Shown piece by piece: positions 19,901 to 28,912 of a stretch of 64,000 nucleotides of DNA. Source of the stretch: an uncultured delta proteobacterium. Lineage in GTDB: Bacteria > Desulfobacterota > Binatia > Binatales > Binataceae. The stretch's first letter is position 1. Every line of letters begins with the position of its first letter. The position numbers and the translations under genes are program-made. The DNA lies in NCBI GenBank assembly GCA_963765675.1, contig CAVXXK010000014.1:32001-96000 (forward strand), in the 5' to 3' direction. The notes beneath the pieces were generated by a model that ran no database searches, was not told the DNA's origin, and saw only the letters and a list, made by a program, of their open reading frames with translations.

Positions 19901-20180
19901 AACACTCTGACTCAGTGATCCACAATAATGCAGGACGCCCGAGAATTCTTGATATATCTTGATGTTGAAAGGTTATCCGCGGCACAATCCGTTAGACCAC
20001 TCCAGATGACCAATCACGCTCCTACGCCATCTGCGAGAGATGCATTTGTTGGACTGGGATCGATGTCCAGCATGGCTTTGCGCTGTTTGGATTACTCGCG
20101 GCCGTCCTCTGGAGTTCAACGCTTGTTAGCGTCCGATTCTCGATCGGAATTCGCGCAATGAACGACAACTGGCGCGTGGA

Positions 20181-20261
20181 GGATAGGTGCGAAGTGACAG
20201 CGCGCGTTTCGAGGATGCTGCCGTTCGGAGAGCAATTCGCATTCGACTGCCCTATCCGCCA
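20181..20261 (+). other. tRNA-Ser-like structured element (pseudo-tRNA or tRNA-derived repeat)
   Basis: 81 nt; GGATAGG/CCTATCC-G-CCA acceptor; 7-nt loop TTCGAGG; short T-like arm GCA-TTCGAC-TGC; D arm not canonical. Confidence 0.45.
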
Positions 20262-20521
20262 GCGAGTCCACAATTAGGGCGCTCTCCGCAGAGGACTCCA
20301 GGTCCGGTTTGCGCGACAATTGGTGTTGGCCCGTTCCCAGGCGGACACGCTTTGAACCTTCTCCCGGGTCCACTGCGCCGGCATTGACGTGACCTTGCCT
20401 CCGTCGATAAAGAAAGCAATTCGGTGGCGCCTTTCTTCGGCACAAGCAGGTCTACAAACAGTTGGCGCGATGTGACAGGTTTGGTTCCAGATGAGCGCTT
20501 ACGGATTGATCGGAAGTTCAA

Positions 20522-21337
20522 ATGAAGATTGCTACGTTCAACGTCAACGGTATCAGCGCTCGCCTATCGGCGCTCATCCGATGGCTGGCAGAATCCAGGC
20601 CAGATGTTGCCTGCCTTCAGGAGCTGAAGGCGCCCCAGGACAGATTTCCGGAAGCCGCTATTCGCGAAGCCGGTTACGGCGTGATCTGGCATGGGCAGAA
20701 GAGCTGGAACGGTGTCGCGATCCTCGCGCGAGGCGCAGATCCCGTCGAGAGTCGTCGCGCTCTGCCCGGCGATCCGCAGGACCCGCACAGCCGCTATATC
20801 GAGGCTCTGATCAACGACGTGCGCATAGGATGCCTGTACCTGCCCAACGGCAATCCAGCGCCCGGTCCTAAGTTCGATTACAAACTGCGATGGTTGGAAC
20901 GCTTGACGAGGCACGCGCAAGAGCTACTCGCAGTTGCGGAGCCGGTAGTTCTCGCCGGCGACTACAACGTTATCCCGACGGATATCGACGTCTACAAGCC
21001 CGAGCGCTGGGTCAAGGATGCGCTCTTTCTGCCGGAGGTGCGGAAGGCATTCGCTAATCTTCTGGCAATGGGCTGGACCGACGCCGTGCGTAAGCTACAT
21101 CCAGATGATCGCATCTACACTTTTTGGGATTACTTCAGAAACAATTATGCGCGTGATGCCGGCATGCGCATCGACCATCTGCTTCTGAGCCCGACGGCGT
21201 CTCCTCGTCTGGTCAGCGCAGGCGTCGATCGCGAAGTCCGCGGCTGGGAAAAAGCGAGCGACCACGCGCCAACATGGATCGTGCTCGAGGACCAAGCGCA
21301 ATCAAGTGCTGGCGAAGCGACGAGTCGCTCGAGATGA
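20522..21337 (+). CDS. xth: Exodeoxyribonuclease III
   Basis: MKIATFNVNG, CLQELK, YLPNGNP, GDYN, RIDHLL, SDHAP. Confidence 0.96.
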   Translation: MKIATFNVNGISARLSALIRWLAESRPDVACLQELKAPQDRFPEAAIREAGYGVIWHGQKSWNGVAILARGADPVESRRALPGDPQDPHSRYIEALINDVRIGCLYLPNGNPAPGPKFDYKLRWLERLTRHAQELLAVAEPVVLAGDYNVIPTDIDVYKPERWVKDALFLPEVRKAFANLLAMGWTDAVRKLHPDDRIYTFWDYFRNNYARDAGMRIDHLLLSPTASPRLVSAGVDREVRGWEKASDHAPTWIVLEDQAQSSAGEATSRSR

Positions 21338-21397
21338 CTGTTGTAATTGCGGAAGACTGAAGACCTCCGCGCGAGGAGAACTGACCTGGGCCGTGTG

Positions 21398-21568
21398 TCA
21401 GCGCGTGCCCGACTGGCGGTGAACCGGAGGATGAGCGGGCGGAGGCGGAGCAAGGTTCATGTAGTCCTCCCAGTCATCGGATGAATCGTTTCGGTAGGCG
21501 ATTGCGCCGAACAACGCGATTCCAACGACCTCGAGGATCAGGATTGCAGATGAGTACGTCTCTTTCAT
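21398..21568 (-). CDS. Small single-TM hypothetical protein
   Basis: MKETYSS, one TM helix, then an acidic/Pro-rich tail. Confidence 0.45.
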   Translation of the reverse strand: MKETYSSAILILEVVGIALFGAIAYRNDSSDDWEDYMNLAPPPPAHPPVHRQSGTR

Positions 21569-21878
21569 GACGTGCACGGTTTTACCTATTGCTGCCCGAG
21601 CCGACTGCGATATCCGTCCGGCATCGAACAAACTCAGAGCGACTGAAACATGGGCAACCTGACTCGAATTGTGCCGTGATCCTTTGTTAAACATCGATAT
21701 TTCCGAGCATTCCTTTCGCCTTTGGCGGTCAAATTCACCGTTGGTCTAATATGAGAGGTCAGGGCTCACAACACGGTCGAAATTAGAGAGTAAAACAAGT
21801 ATGAGTAGTGCGTATAAGCGAATGAACAAACGGCACCGCGAGATCCATCTTCAGTCTGCAGCCAGGGGAAATGCCCAG

Positions 21879-22175
21879 ATGCACAGCTTCGAGAAGATCC
21901 TCACGATCGCCGAGGTCGCGCAGATCCTGCGCATGCATCGCAATACGGTATATCGACTCGTCAAGCGCGGAGACCTGCCGGGCTTCAAGATCGGAGACAA
22001 TTGGAGGGTCAAAGAGAAAGCGCTGAGGACGGTGCTCGGGCGCGAAACCGATCGATCTTCGACTCTGACGGGCGGGGCGGCGTCTGGTGCGACTTCCCAC
22101 GAGACCGGTCCGTCGCGGGCGAAGCAACTTTCCATCCAGTCTGAAGTGGAAGGAAAGTCTAACCGCGTGCTCTAA
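21879..22175 (+). CDS. Excisionase-type helix-turn-helix DNA-binding protein
   Basis: ILTIAEVAQILRMHRNTVYRLVKRGDLPGFKIGDNWRV. Confidence 0.88.
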   Translation: MHSFEKILTIAEVAQILRMHRNTVYRLVKRGDLPGFKIGDNWRVKEKALRTVLGRETDRSSTLTGGAASGATSHETGPSRAKQLSIQSEVEGKSNRVL

Positions 22176-22230
22176 AGAATCCAGCAAATCAATATTCCTC
22201 CGGAGCACTGCGGCGACGCTCGACATATCC

Positions 22231-23589
22231 TTATCGAGCACCGCGCCGCCATGCGCAGACTCGCACTGTCTCGAGCAAGATCTGCAAATCAAAGAAAAAA
22301 CTTGAATGTTTTACGTAGTACAGATCGCGCGCAAAAACCTCGCCTCGGTTTTCCACGCTCGCAGCATAGTCACACCGAATTTGCGACCATCCGGTAATTC
22401 CGGGCTTGACCAGATGCCGTAACCCGAAGTGAGGAATTGTCGCTGTCAGCTCGGTAACCTGAAGTGGATGGAACGGACGAGGGCCTACCAAACTCATCTC
22501 GCCTTTAATCACGTTGATCAATTGAGGAACTTCGTCCATATGAAGCCCGCGCATGACCTTGCCGATCCGCGTCACCCGTGGATCGGATTCCCCGGTTGAC
22601 CATGAAGAGGCGTCACCGGGTATGGTTTTTTCCTCGTACATCGAGCGGAACTTGTACATCGTAAAGCGGCGGCCGTTCTCGCCGATCCGTTCTTGCCTGT
22701 AAATTGCCGGCCCAGGTGAATCCAACTTGATTGCCAGCATGGTGAGTAAAGAAATCGGCGACGTCAGTATCAGCGCCAAAGAAGCAACGACCAGATCGCG
22801 GGTTCGCCGGATGGCGCGCCGAGCGACCGACAGCGACATCATGCGCGAGGTCGCAAATTCGCAGATTCCGCTGGGGCCGAGGATTACCTTTCCGTATGCT
22901 CGTTCGGAAAAGAATCGCAATTCCTCGATCTGGATTCTGCGTTCGCGGCACAGCGCAAGAAACGGTACCGCGCAATCGCTATCTAGAAGCTCCGGATCGA
23001 TCACGATCCTTTTCGGATAAGACTGAGGTTCCTTGATACCAGCGAGTGTGGCCTGCGCTTTTTCCAGCGAATCTCCGATCCAAAGGAAGTCGAAACTGAG
23101 ATCCTTGTGCCGCTCATTCTCTCCGGTCAGTTGGTCGCGGAGCGGATCACGAGCAACGATGCCGAGCAGCGAGGTTGGACTGGCCGAAATGCCAGAATGG
23201 TCGATCGTGAGCCGCGCGAGAAGTATGAACAATACGGTCAGAAGCGTATGTGCCAGCATCAGGCGAGGATCCAGATTCAGAATATGAGTCGCTGCTGTTA
23301 CTAACCCGACCGCAACGAGCAGGATACCGGTCGCTTGAATCAAGTTCAGCAACAGAGCACGAGTAAAACTCATCAAGGCCGCGTCGTAGAGATCCATTAC
23401 GTAGAAAATCGCTACGTAAAGGACCACCACGCCGAGAGTCTGGAAAAGCAGCGACGTTAGTGAAAGAGGTTGGTTAAGAGAGGCGCAATTCAACGTAACA
23501 AGCAGGAGGGCGCTCAATCCCAGCCATAGTAATTCAGCACCAAAAGTGATCAGAATACGCGGACCAATGTAAATTCCGCCTATAGACAT
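22231..23589 (-). CDS. Priming polyprenyl glycosylphosphotransferase (sugar transferase)
   Basis: N-terminal TMs; IKLDSPGP, YKFRSM, DPRVTRIG, DEVPQLINV, MSLVGPRP, KPGITGWSQ. Confidence 0.95.
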   Translation of the reverse strand: MSIGGIYIGPRILITFGAELLWLGLSALLLVTLNCASLNQPLSLTSLLFQTLGVVVLYVAIFYVMDLYDAALMSFTRALLLNLIQATGILLVAVGLVTAATHILNLDPRLMLAHTLLTVLFILLARLTIDHSGISASPTSLLGIVARDPLRDQLTGENERHKDLSFDFLWIGDSLEKAQATLAGIKEPQSYPKRIVIDPELLDSDCAVPFLALCRERRIQIEELRFFSERAYGKVILGPSGICEFATSRMMSLSVARRAIRRTRDLVVASLALILTSPISLLTMLAIKLDSPGPAIYRQERIGENGRRFTMYKFRSMYEEKTIPGDASSWSTGESDPRVTRIGKVMRGLHMDEVPQLINVIKGEMSLVGPRPFHPLQVTELTATIPHFGLRHLVKPGITGWSQIRCDYAASVENRGEVFARDLYYVKHSSFFFDLQILLETVRVCAWRRGAR

Positions 23590-23681
23590 AGACCTGATTG
23601 AGTCGCTTCAGACCGAGAGCTTCTCTCCCTCTTGTGGTGGCGAGGATTCGGATAAGAGACTCGACAAGAAAACCACCTCAG

Positions 23682-24053
23682 CTATCCGGGAGTTATCCGC
23701 CGCATGAATAACGCTCCGCCGAAGAGTCCGAAGCCCACCAATATCAGAGAGAGACCGGAACCGGAGTTGGCGGGCTGGGATTGAGACGCGACAGTGCTAT
23801 CCGCATTTTTCGGAGCCGTGTCCATACGCGCAAAGTCTTGTTGCGGCGCGTTAGGCGCTATGTACCGGACAGGAATCGGAGGCTCGGAGTTCATGTAAGA
23901 GGAATGCTGTGACGCAAATGAATCGGGTCCAACATAGTCGTCGTTGAAGAGCTCATGCTTCGCGCCAATCGCGATGGACGAAAGTCCCAAAACGATGAGT
24001 GCCACAAGGGTTGCGACAATCCGCGGGTGCGTCGATGTTTTCAGGAGTCGCAT
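23682..24053 (-). CDS. Small secreted protein with C-terminal TM anchor and basic tail
   Basis: Signal peptide; ends QPANSGSGLSLILVGFGLFGGALFMRRITPG. Confidence 0.75.
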   Translation of the reverse strand: MRLLKTSTHPRIVATLVALIVLGLSSIAIGAKHELFNDDYVGPDSFASQHSSYMNSEPPIPVRYIAPNAPQQDFARMDTAPKNADSTVASQSQPANSGSGLSLILVGFGLFGGALFMRRITPG

Positions 24054-24062
24054 TGGCTTCAA

Positions 24063-24545
24063 CTATGAGTTGCGGCTGGTCTCGGCTTCTCGGCGCTTCG
24101 ATACCGTTCGGTGGCGTTGCACCAGAATCAGGGCAGATAGACCCACCGCGAAAAGTAGTACAGAGCTGGGTTCCGGGGTCGGAGAGCCGCCGACAGGATC
24201 GCCCGCACCAGAGCGAGATCCCGAGTTACCCGCGTAGGGGCTATTATGTTGCCTGGATTTCTTGGTTTGAGCTTTCGTTAGAGCATCATCCCGATGATCG
24301 GGTTGATCGAGTATCACGTTTCGCAAACCTGAATTCCCGATGGTCATACTGTCGGAGGCGACAAGGACCTGAGCGATAGGCACCGCAGTCGCGGCACCAC
24401 GAGCCACGGGCATCGCAGTTTGCAACGCCGGAGCGGGCAATATCGCAGCGTGGACCATTGCCGGCATCAGGAACGCGCAGAGCGCGGTTGTCGCGAAAGT
24501 GATTGCCTTGGACTTAGTCAACGTTGGTAATGTACTGAGTTGCAT
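24063..24545 (-). CDS. PEP-CTERM sorting-signal protein
   Basis: Signal peptide (...MVHA); C-terminal PTPEPSSVLLFAVGLSALILVQRHR...KRR; adjacent to the exosortase. Confidence 0.9.
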   Translation of the reverse strand: MQLSTLPTLTKSKAITFATTALCAFLMPAMVHAAILPAPALQTAMPVARGAATAVPIAQVLVASDSMTIGNSGLRNVILDQPDHRDDALTKAQTKKSRQHNSPYAGNSGSRSGAGDPVGGSPTPEPSSVLLFAVGLSALILVQRHRTVSKRREAETSRNS

Positions 24546-24765
24546 GTGTCGATATTACTATTGCTGGTCAACCAGATCGATCGAATGATGGCTACACGTA
24601 GGGATTCCGTCTCAACGGGAGGGTGCGTTTTCCCGATACAGTCGCGAACCTCGGGTAATTCTGACCATAGATATGTCCAAGAAGTCGGAAAACCCGCCTC
24701 AGGTGCCGCCGATGAGACGGTTCGCCGGGAACAAATCGGAAATGAAAATTCCGAACTCGATTCAG

Positions 24766-26412
24766 TCAGAAGGAAGCCGGCTTCGACGCGTCTGGCGCGG
24801 GCAGGAATTGCTCACTCAAGATCGGCAGGGCGACCCCGACCAATGCTGAAGCTCGCGCAACGGCGGATTGAGTGGTCGTTGTGATAGGAGTCGAAAATCT
24901 GATCAAACATCCGTAGCTGCGGCCCGCGGTTGCGCTGTCCCACATCGTTTGAAACGCGCCTTTGAGCTCGCTCGTTTGGGGAGCGCCCTGTTCCAGGTAC
25001 CAGTACAGTACGAGAATCCGATCACTCTCGCGGCCGAAGACAACTTCGTTGACTTCGAGCGGAGGATCGGATTCACCAAAATAGAGCGGAGCCAGCGTGC
25101 GCCGCTCAACCGTCCACCCTGAACCGGGAATGCAATGCAGCGGCGAATGCATCGTGCTGCCCTGCAGTTGTCGTGGATAAAATGCTACGTGCAGCAGCAC
25201 GGGCTCGTCCTGAGATCCATCCGAGTATTGGCGCATCAGCACGTCGCGCGTGCCCAAGCTCTCAAACTGGCTTTCGGTTAAGGAGAGGTCACGGCCGTGC
25301 CAGTTATCGATATCGCGCGGAAAGGACGCCAACGATTCGCGCAGCGGCTCTGGTCGAACTGTTCGCAGTCCCTGGCGATGCATCGCAGAGACGACCAGCA
25401 AAACTGCGATAACCGCCAGCACCGAAATCCCTGGCGCAGACCTGGATGAGTTCTGTATCGGATTCACCGCCTTGATCGGCTCGGAAGTTCGCGCAGACAC
25501 CGCAAGTCTGCCGCTCACGAAGAGAATAATCAGAGTTCCAATCGCAAAAGTTACGACGCCAATCGACGCATGAGTAAATCCTTCGGCTGCCCGAGGCCCC
25601 CAAAGGTTAGCTGCAATAGCGGCGGCAGATATGCGTGCTGCGTTAAGACCAATGGCGATCGGAATTGCGCTCAGAACCAACAGGACCGAGCGCACAGGGC
25701 TGCGCACAAAAAGAAAGCTGACGATGCAGGCGAGGGCACTCAGCGCAAACAAAGAATGCAAGCCCGCGCACGCCTCGACCACCTCCAGGGACACGTTCTT
25801 CAGAACGAGAACATTGCCTTCTCGCAACACGGATACGCCACCCAGATGCAAGAGGTGGGTCGCCAACACGCTCGACAGAAGTTGTAATTGAAACGTCAGT
25901 GGCAGATAGACGAGTGCGGGAAGAGGCAAGCAGAAAAAAAGAATGCCATAGGGAAACGCTAAACTTCGCATCGTGCTGCGGCCCAGAGCAACAACCGTGA
26001 GACCCGCGATCATGATCAGGAACGAGAGTCGGGAAAGAAAAACAATGGTGGTCAAGTCGGCGGCGAGGAGCAGAGCGCAAGCTCCCAGTACGACGAAGAT
26101 TCCGGCGATGTCCGGCCGGATGAGTGGTTTCACCGTAAAGCGTTCTTGCCGGTGAAGGTTGTGGTATCCGAGATAGATTGCGACGAACGGCAGCAGAAGT
26201 GCGAAAGAGTAACTGGGATCCGTTTCCAGGTCGACAATCCACTCGCGCAAAATTGAAGCATAGAGCGCCAGCGTCAACGCGATCGACGCGATTAGAGCGA
26301 AGATAATCCATGGGCTGTCAGCAAAAGAGGTCCGTTGATCTTCGCGTTCGCACGGCATGTCCGCGCGTCTTGGGTTTCCAGAGGATAACTTCACTGTCGG
26401 CAACACTCTCAT
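24766..26412 (-). CDS. Exosortase (EpsH family) fused to an EpsI-like domain
   Basis: LREGNVL, VVEACAG (Cys), LNAARI (Arg), FTHASIG (His); C-terminal FPRDIDNW, HSPLHCIPGSGW, LVLYWY; start may be 26358. Confidence 0.92.
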   Translation of the reverse strand: MRVLPTVKLSSGNPRRADMPCEREDQRTSFADSPWIIFALIASIALTLALYASILREWIVDLETDPSYSFALLLPFVAIYLGYHNLHRQERFTVKPLIRPDIAGIFVVLGACALLLAADLTTIVFLSRLSFLIMIAGLTVVALGRSTMRSLAFPYGILFFCLPLPALVYLPLTFQLQLLSSVLATHLLHLGGVSVLREGNVLVLKNVSLEVVEACAGLHSLFALSALACIVSFLFVRSPVRSVLLVLSAIPIAIGLNAARISAAAIAANLWGPRAAEGFTHASIGVVTFAIGTLIILFVSGRLAVSARTSEPIKAVNPIQNSSRSAPGISVLAVIAVLLVVSAMHRQGLRTVRPEPLRESLASFPRDIDNWHGRDLSLTESQFESLGTRDVLMRQYSDGSQDEPVLLHVAFYPRQLQGSTMHSPLHCIPGSGWTVERRTLAPLYFGESDPPLEVNEVVFGRESDRILVLYWYLEQGAPQTSELKGAFQTMWDSATAGRSYGCLIRFSTPITTTTQSAVARASALVGVALPILSEQFLPAPDASKPASF

Positions 26413-26945
26413 AGATTATCCAAATAAGAGAGATGGCGACGGCCATTTGGGAGGCGCACGCCGATTACCATATCTTGCATACACGAGATTTTGGCTATTC
26501 CTGACATGAATACGCGATGCTGGCCTGTCGAACGTGTGACTTGCTTTTCCGATCCGTGACCGGACTGGAGTCTTTCGAAGGGTTTCGTCCCGTTGTCAGC
26601 AACATCTGTGTACAGAGGACCTCAGGCATTCGGAAAGGTACTAAACGTGTATCATGGTAATAGAATTATGAAGGTGGATTGAAATGACGCGCTTTGCTCG
26701 TCTTATCAAGCAATACTTCGATGGTTGTGCAGATTCACCTCGTCACGTGAGATTTTCGATTGAGCATGGAGTGAGTCTTGCGAGAGAATAGCTATGTTCT
26801 TTTTTCCTGATTTGAGATTGGCAGTGGGGTGCTTGGAGTCGGGAGCGGAAGAAAACCGCCCAGTCGCGGAGCCTGTCGAAGCCCTTATGCATGGGAGGGC
26901 GGACGCTCACCTTAACAGCTTCAACCCGAACGAGGGCCCGTACAG

Positions 26946-27635
26946 ATGGAGTGTGAGCATATCCCCGAAGTCGCTGGAGCAAGGGGAATTCGAGCGCGCG
27001 GCACAATTGACGCCCTGCAAAGGGTCAGAGTCATTGTGGGCGGCAACATCTCATCAGCTATTCTCCTGGTCCTGGCGGTGACAACCTCTGGATGCTTCGG
27101 CGGAACGCCGGTTCAGACGCAGGTGGTTGCCAGGCCGGCGGAGTCGGCGGACGTCGGACCTTACAAGATCGGCCGCGACGATGTTCTTGAGGTTCTGGTG
27201 TGGAAACAGGAGCAGCTTAGCGGACGGATCCGAGTCGCCAGTGACGGCACGATCATGTTGCCACTCATCGGTCAAGTAAAAGCTGCTGGCCTGACTACCA
27301 ATGAACTGCAGACCGACCTGACGGCGCGCTTTGTCCGCTTCGTCCACGATCCCAAAGTAACTGTGCGGGTGTTCGATCCGGCCAGTCGAGTGTTTTACGT
27401 CCTCGGCGAAGTGTCCAAACCGGGAATGTATAAACTCATGTCAGGGGAAGTCTTGTCGCAGGCGCTTGCCGCCGCAGGCGGGCCGACCGAATACGCGAAC
27501 CTGAGGAAAATCAAGATCGTGCGCCGCAGCGGTGACCAGCAGGTCGAAATGACGGTCAACTACAGTGGTGTTCGCAGCGGCGATCTGAGAGCCGACGTTC
27601 CGCTTGAGCGTGGCGATACGATCACGGTGCCGTGA
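26946..27635 (+). CDS. wza: Polysaccharide export lipoprotein (Wza/GfcE type, SLBB domain)
   Basis: Lipobox-like TSGC; YKIGRDDVLEVLVW, DGTIMLPLIG, VLGEVSKPG, GDTITVP. Confidence 0.9.
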   Translation: MECEHIPEVAGARGIRARGTIDALQRVRVIVGGNISSAILLVLAVTTSGCFGGTPVQTQVVARPAESADVGPYKIGRDDVLEVLVWKQEQLSGRIRVASDGTIMLPLIGQVKAAGLTTNELQTDLTARFVRFVHDPKVTVRVFDPASRVFYVLGEVSKPGMYKLMSGEVLSQALAAAGGPTEYANLRKIKIVRRSGDQQVEMTVNYSGVRSGDLRADVPLERGDTITVP

Positions 27636-28912
27636 CAACAATGCGGGGGATCGTAATCTGGGGCTGTCTCAGTTTGATGGTACTCGGTGCGGCGCGTTGT
27701 TCATGCGCTGCGGAACTCTCGATATGGCCGATGGCGGAGCTCGACGAGATTTACGACAACAACGTGAAGCTCACGCCGACCAATCGCAAGGGCGATTTCG
27801 TGACCGTCGAATCGTTCGGCGCCACTCTCGAGGCGTCTACAGCAGCGCGGGACTTCTTTCTCACGTACCAAACCCAATTGCTGGAATACACTTCCTATTC
27901 GGATCTCGATCGTTTTGGGAAAGACCATGCCGCGAATCTGCGTGACGAGGAATTCTTGACGCCCGCCACCACGCTCACGATCTCGGACAGTCTGCTGGTC
28001 GGAAATGCGGTGAGCAACGGTATCCTGGCCAATGGCGCCACCCCGATTGGCGCCCAGTTGATGCAATCGCTATTCTACCAATCCTCGACTCTAAGTAACG
28101 ATTTCGCGCTCGATCTCACTTCGCGCTACAGCAACTCATTCAGTTGGACGGCGGACGTTCACCAGTACCTCTTCATGACCCTGTCTGGCTCGTCGTCTTC
28201 TTCCAGCGGAAGTGGGTTGTTCTTCGACCAGGGGGGAGCATTGGGAGGCCAGTGGGAGCTTCCCGAGCGATTTGCGGCCGGGTTTGCCTTCCAATTCGAT
28301 GATTTCCGCTCCAACGGTGAGCTGCCGACCACGCAGACCTATTGGCCTCAGTTCAAGATGGGATGGGGTGAAGGAAGTCCATTTTCGATCCTCGCACAGG
28401 TGGGACCGATCGTCTCCGATAGCTCGTCCGGCACGATCGTTTCTGCCGGCCTTTCGGGAGTGCCCGTATCGACTGACATTGCTGCAAAAACCGAAGTCAA
28501 TGTCGGATACGTTGTGAGCGCCAACTACCATGACCGGAGGCTGACCATCAGCGCCTCTGCCGGACAGGAACCGGGATTCGGCGCTGGGTTTGCCGGCTAC
28601 GCGGCAGAACAGACTTACGGCGTGCTAGCCAGTTATAAGCTCAGCCGGCGGGCGACGATCTTTATCAACGGCGGGTATTTCACGGTCAGCGGCACCGGTG
28701 TGTCTGCGGACGTTTATACGTACACGGGTGGTATGACGTACAAGCTCAATGAGTATTTTACACTGAGCGCGAACTATCTGGGATTCCAGACCAAAGCTAG
28801 TGGATCGGCGGTGGCTGGGACATTGGTGGCCGTTCCGGGAAAGCGAGCGACGGTCAATCTGGTGCAGGCCGGTATCACGTTTGCCCCGCCGTCGTTCAAG
28901 TGGAGAATCTAA
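27632..28912 (+). CDS. EPS-locus outer-membrane beta-barrel protein
   Basis: Signal peptide, EIYDNNV motif, amphipathic strands, position between wza and the co-polymerase. Confidence 0.75.
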   Translation: MTTMRGIVIWGCLSLMVLGAARCSCAAELSIWPMAELDEIYDNNVKLTPTNRKGDFVTVESFGATLEASTAARDFFLTYQTQLLEYTSYSDLDRFGKDHAANLRDEEFLTPATTLTISDSLLVGNAVSNGILANGATPIGAQLMQSLFYQSSTLSNDFALDLTSRYSNSFSWTADVHQYLFMTLSGSSSSSSGSGLFFDQGGALGGQWELPERFAAGFAFQFDDFRSNGELPTTQTYWPQFKMGWGEGSPFSILAQVGPIVSDSSSGTIVSAGLSGVPVSTDIAAKTEVNVGYVVSANYHDRRLTISASAGQEPGFGAGFAGYAAEQTYGVLASYKLSRRATIFINGGYFTVSGTGVSADVYTYTGGMTYKLNEYFTLSANYLGFQTKASGSAVAGTLVAVPGKRATVNLVQAGITFAPPSFKWRI

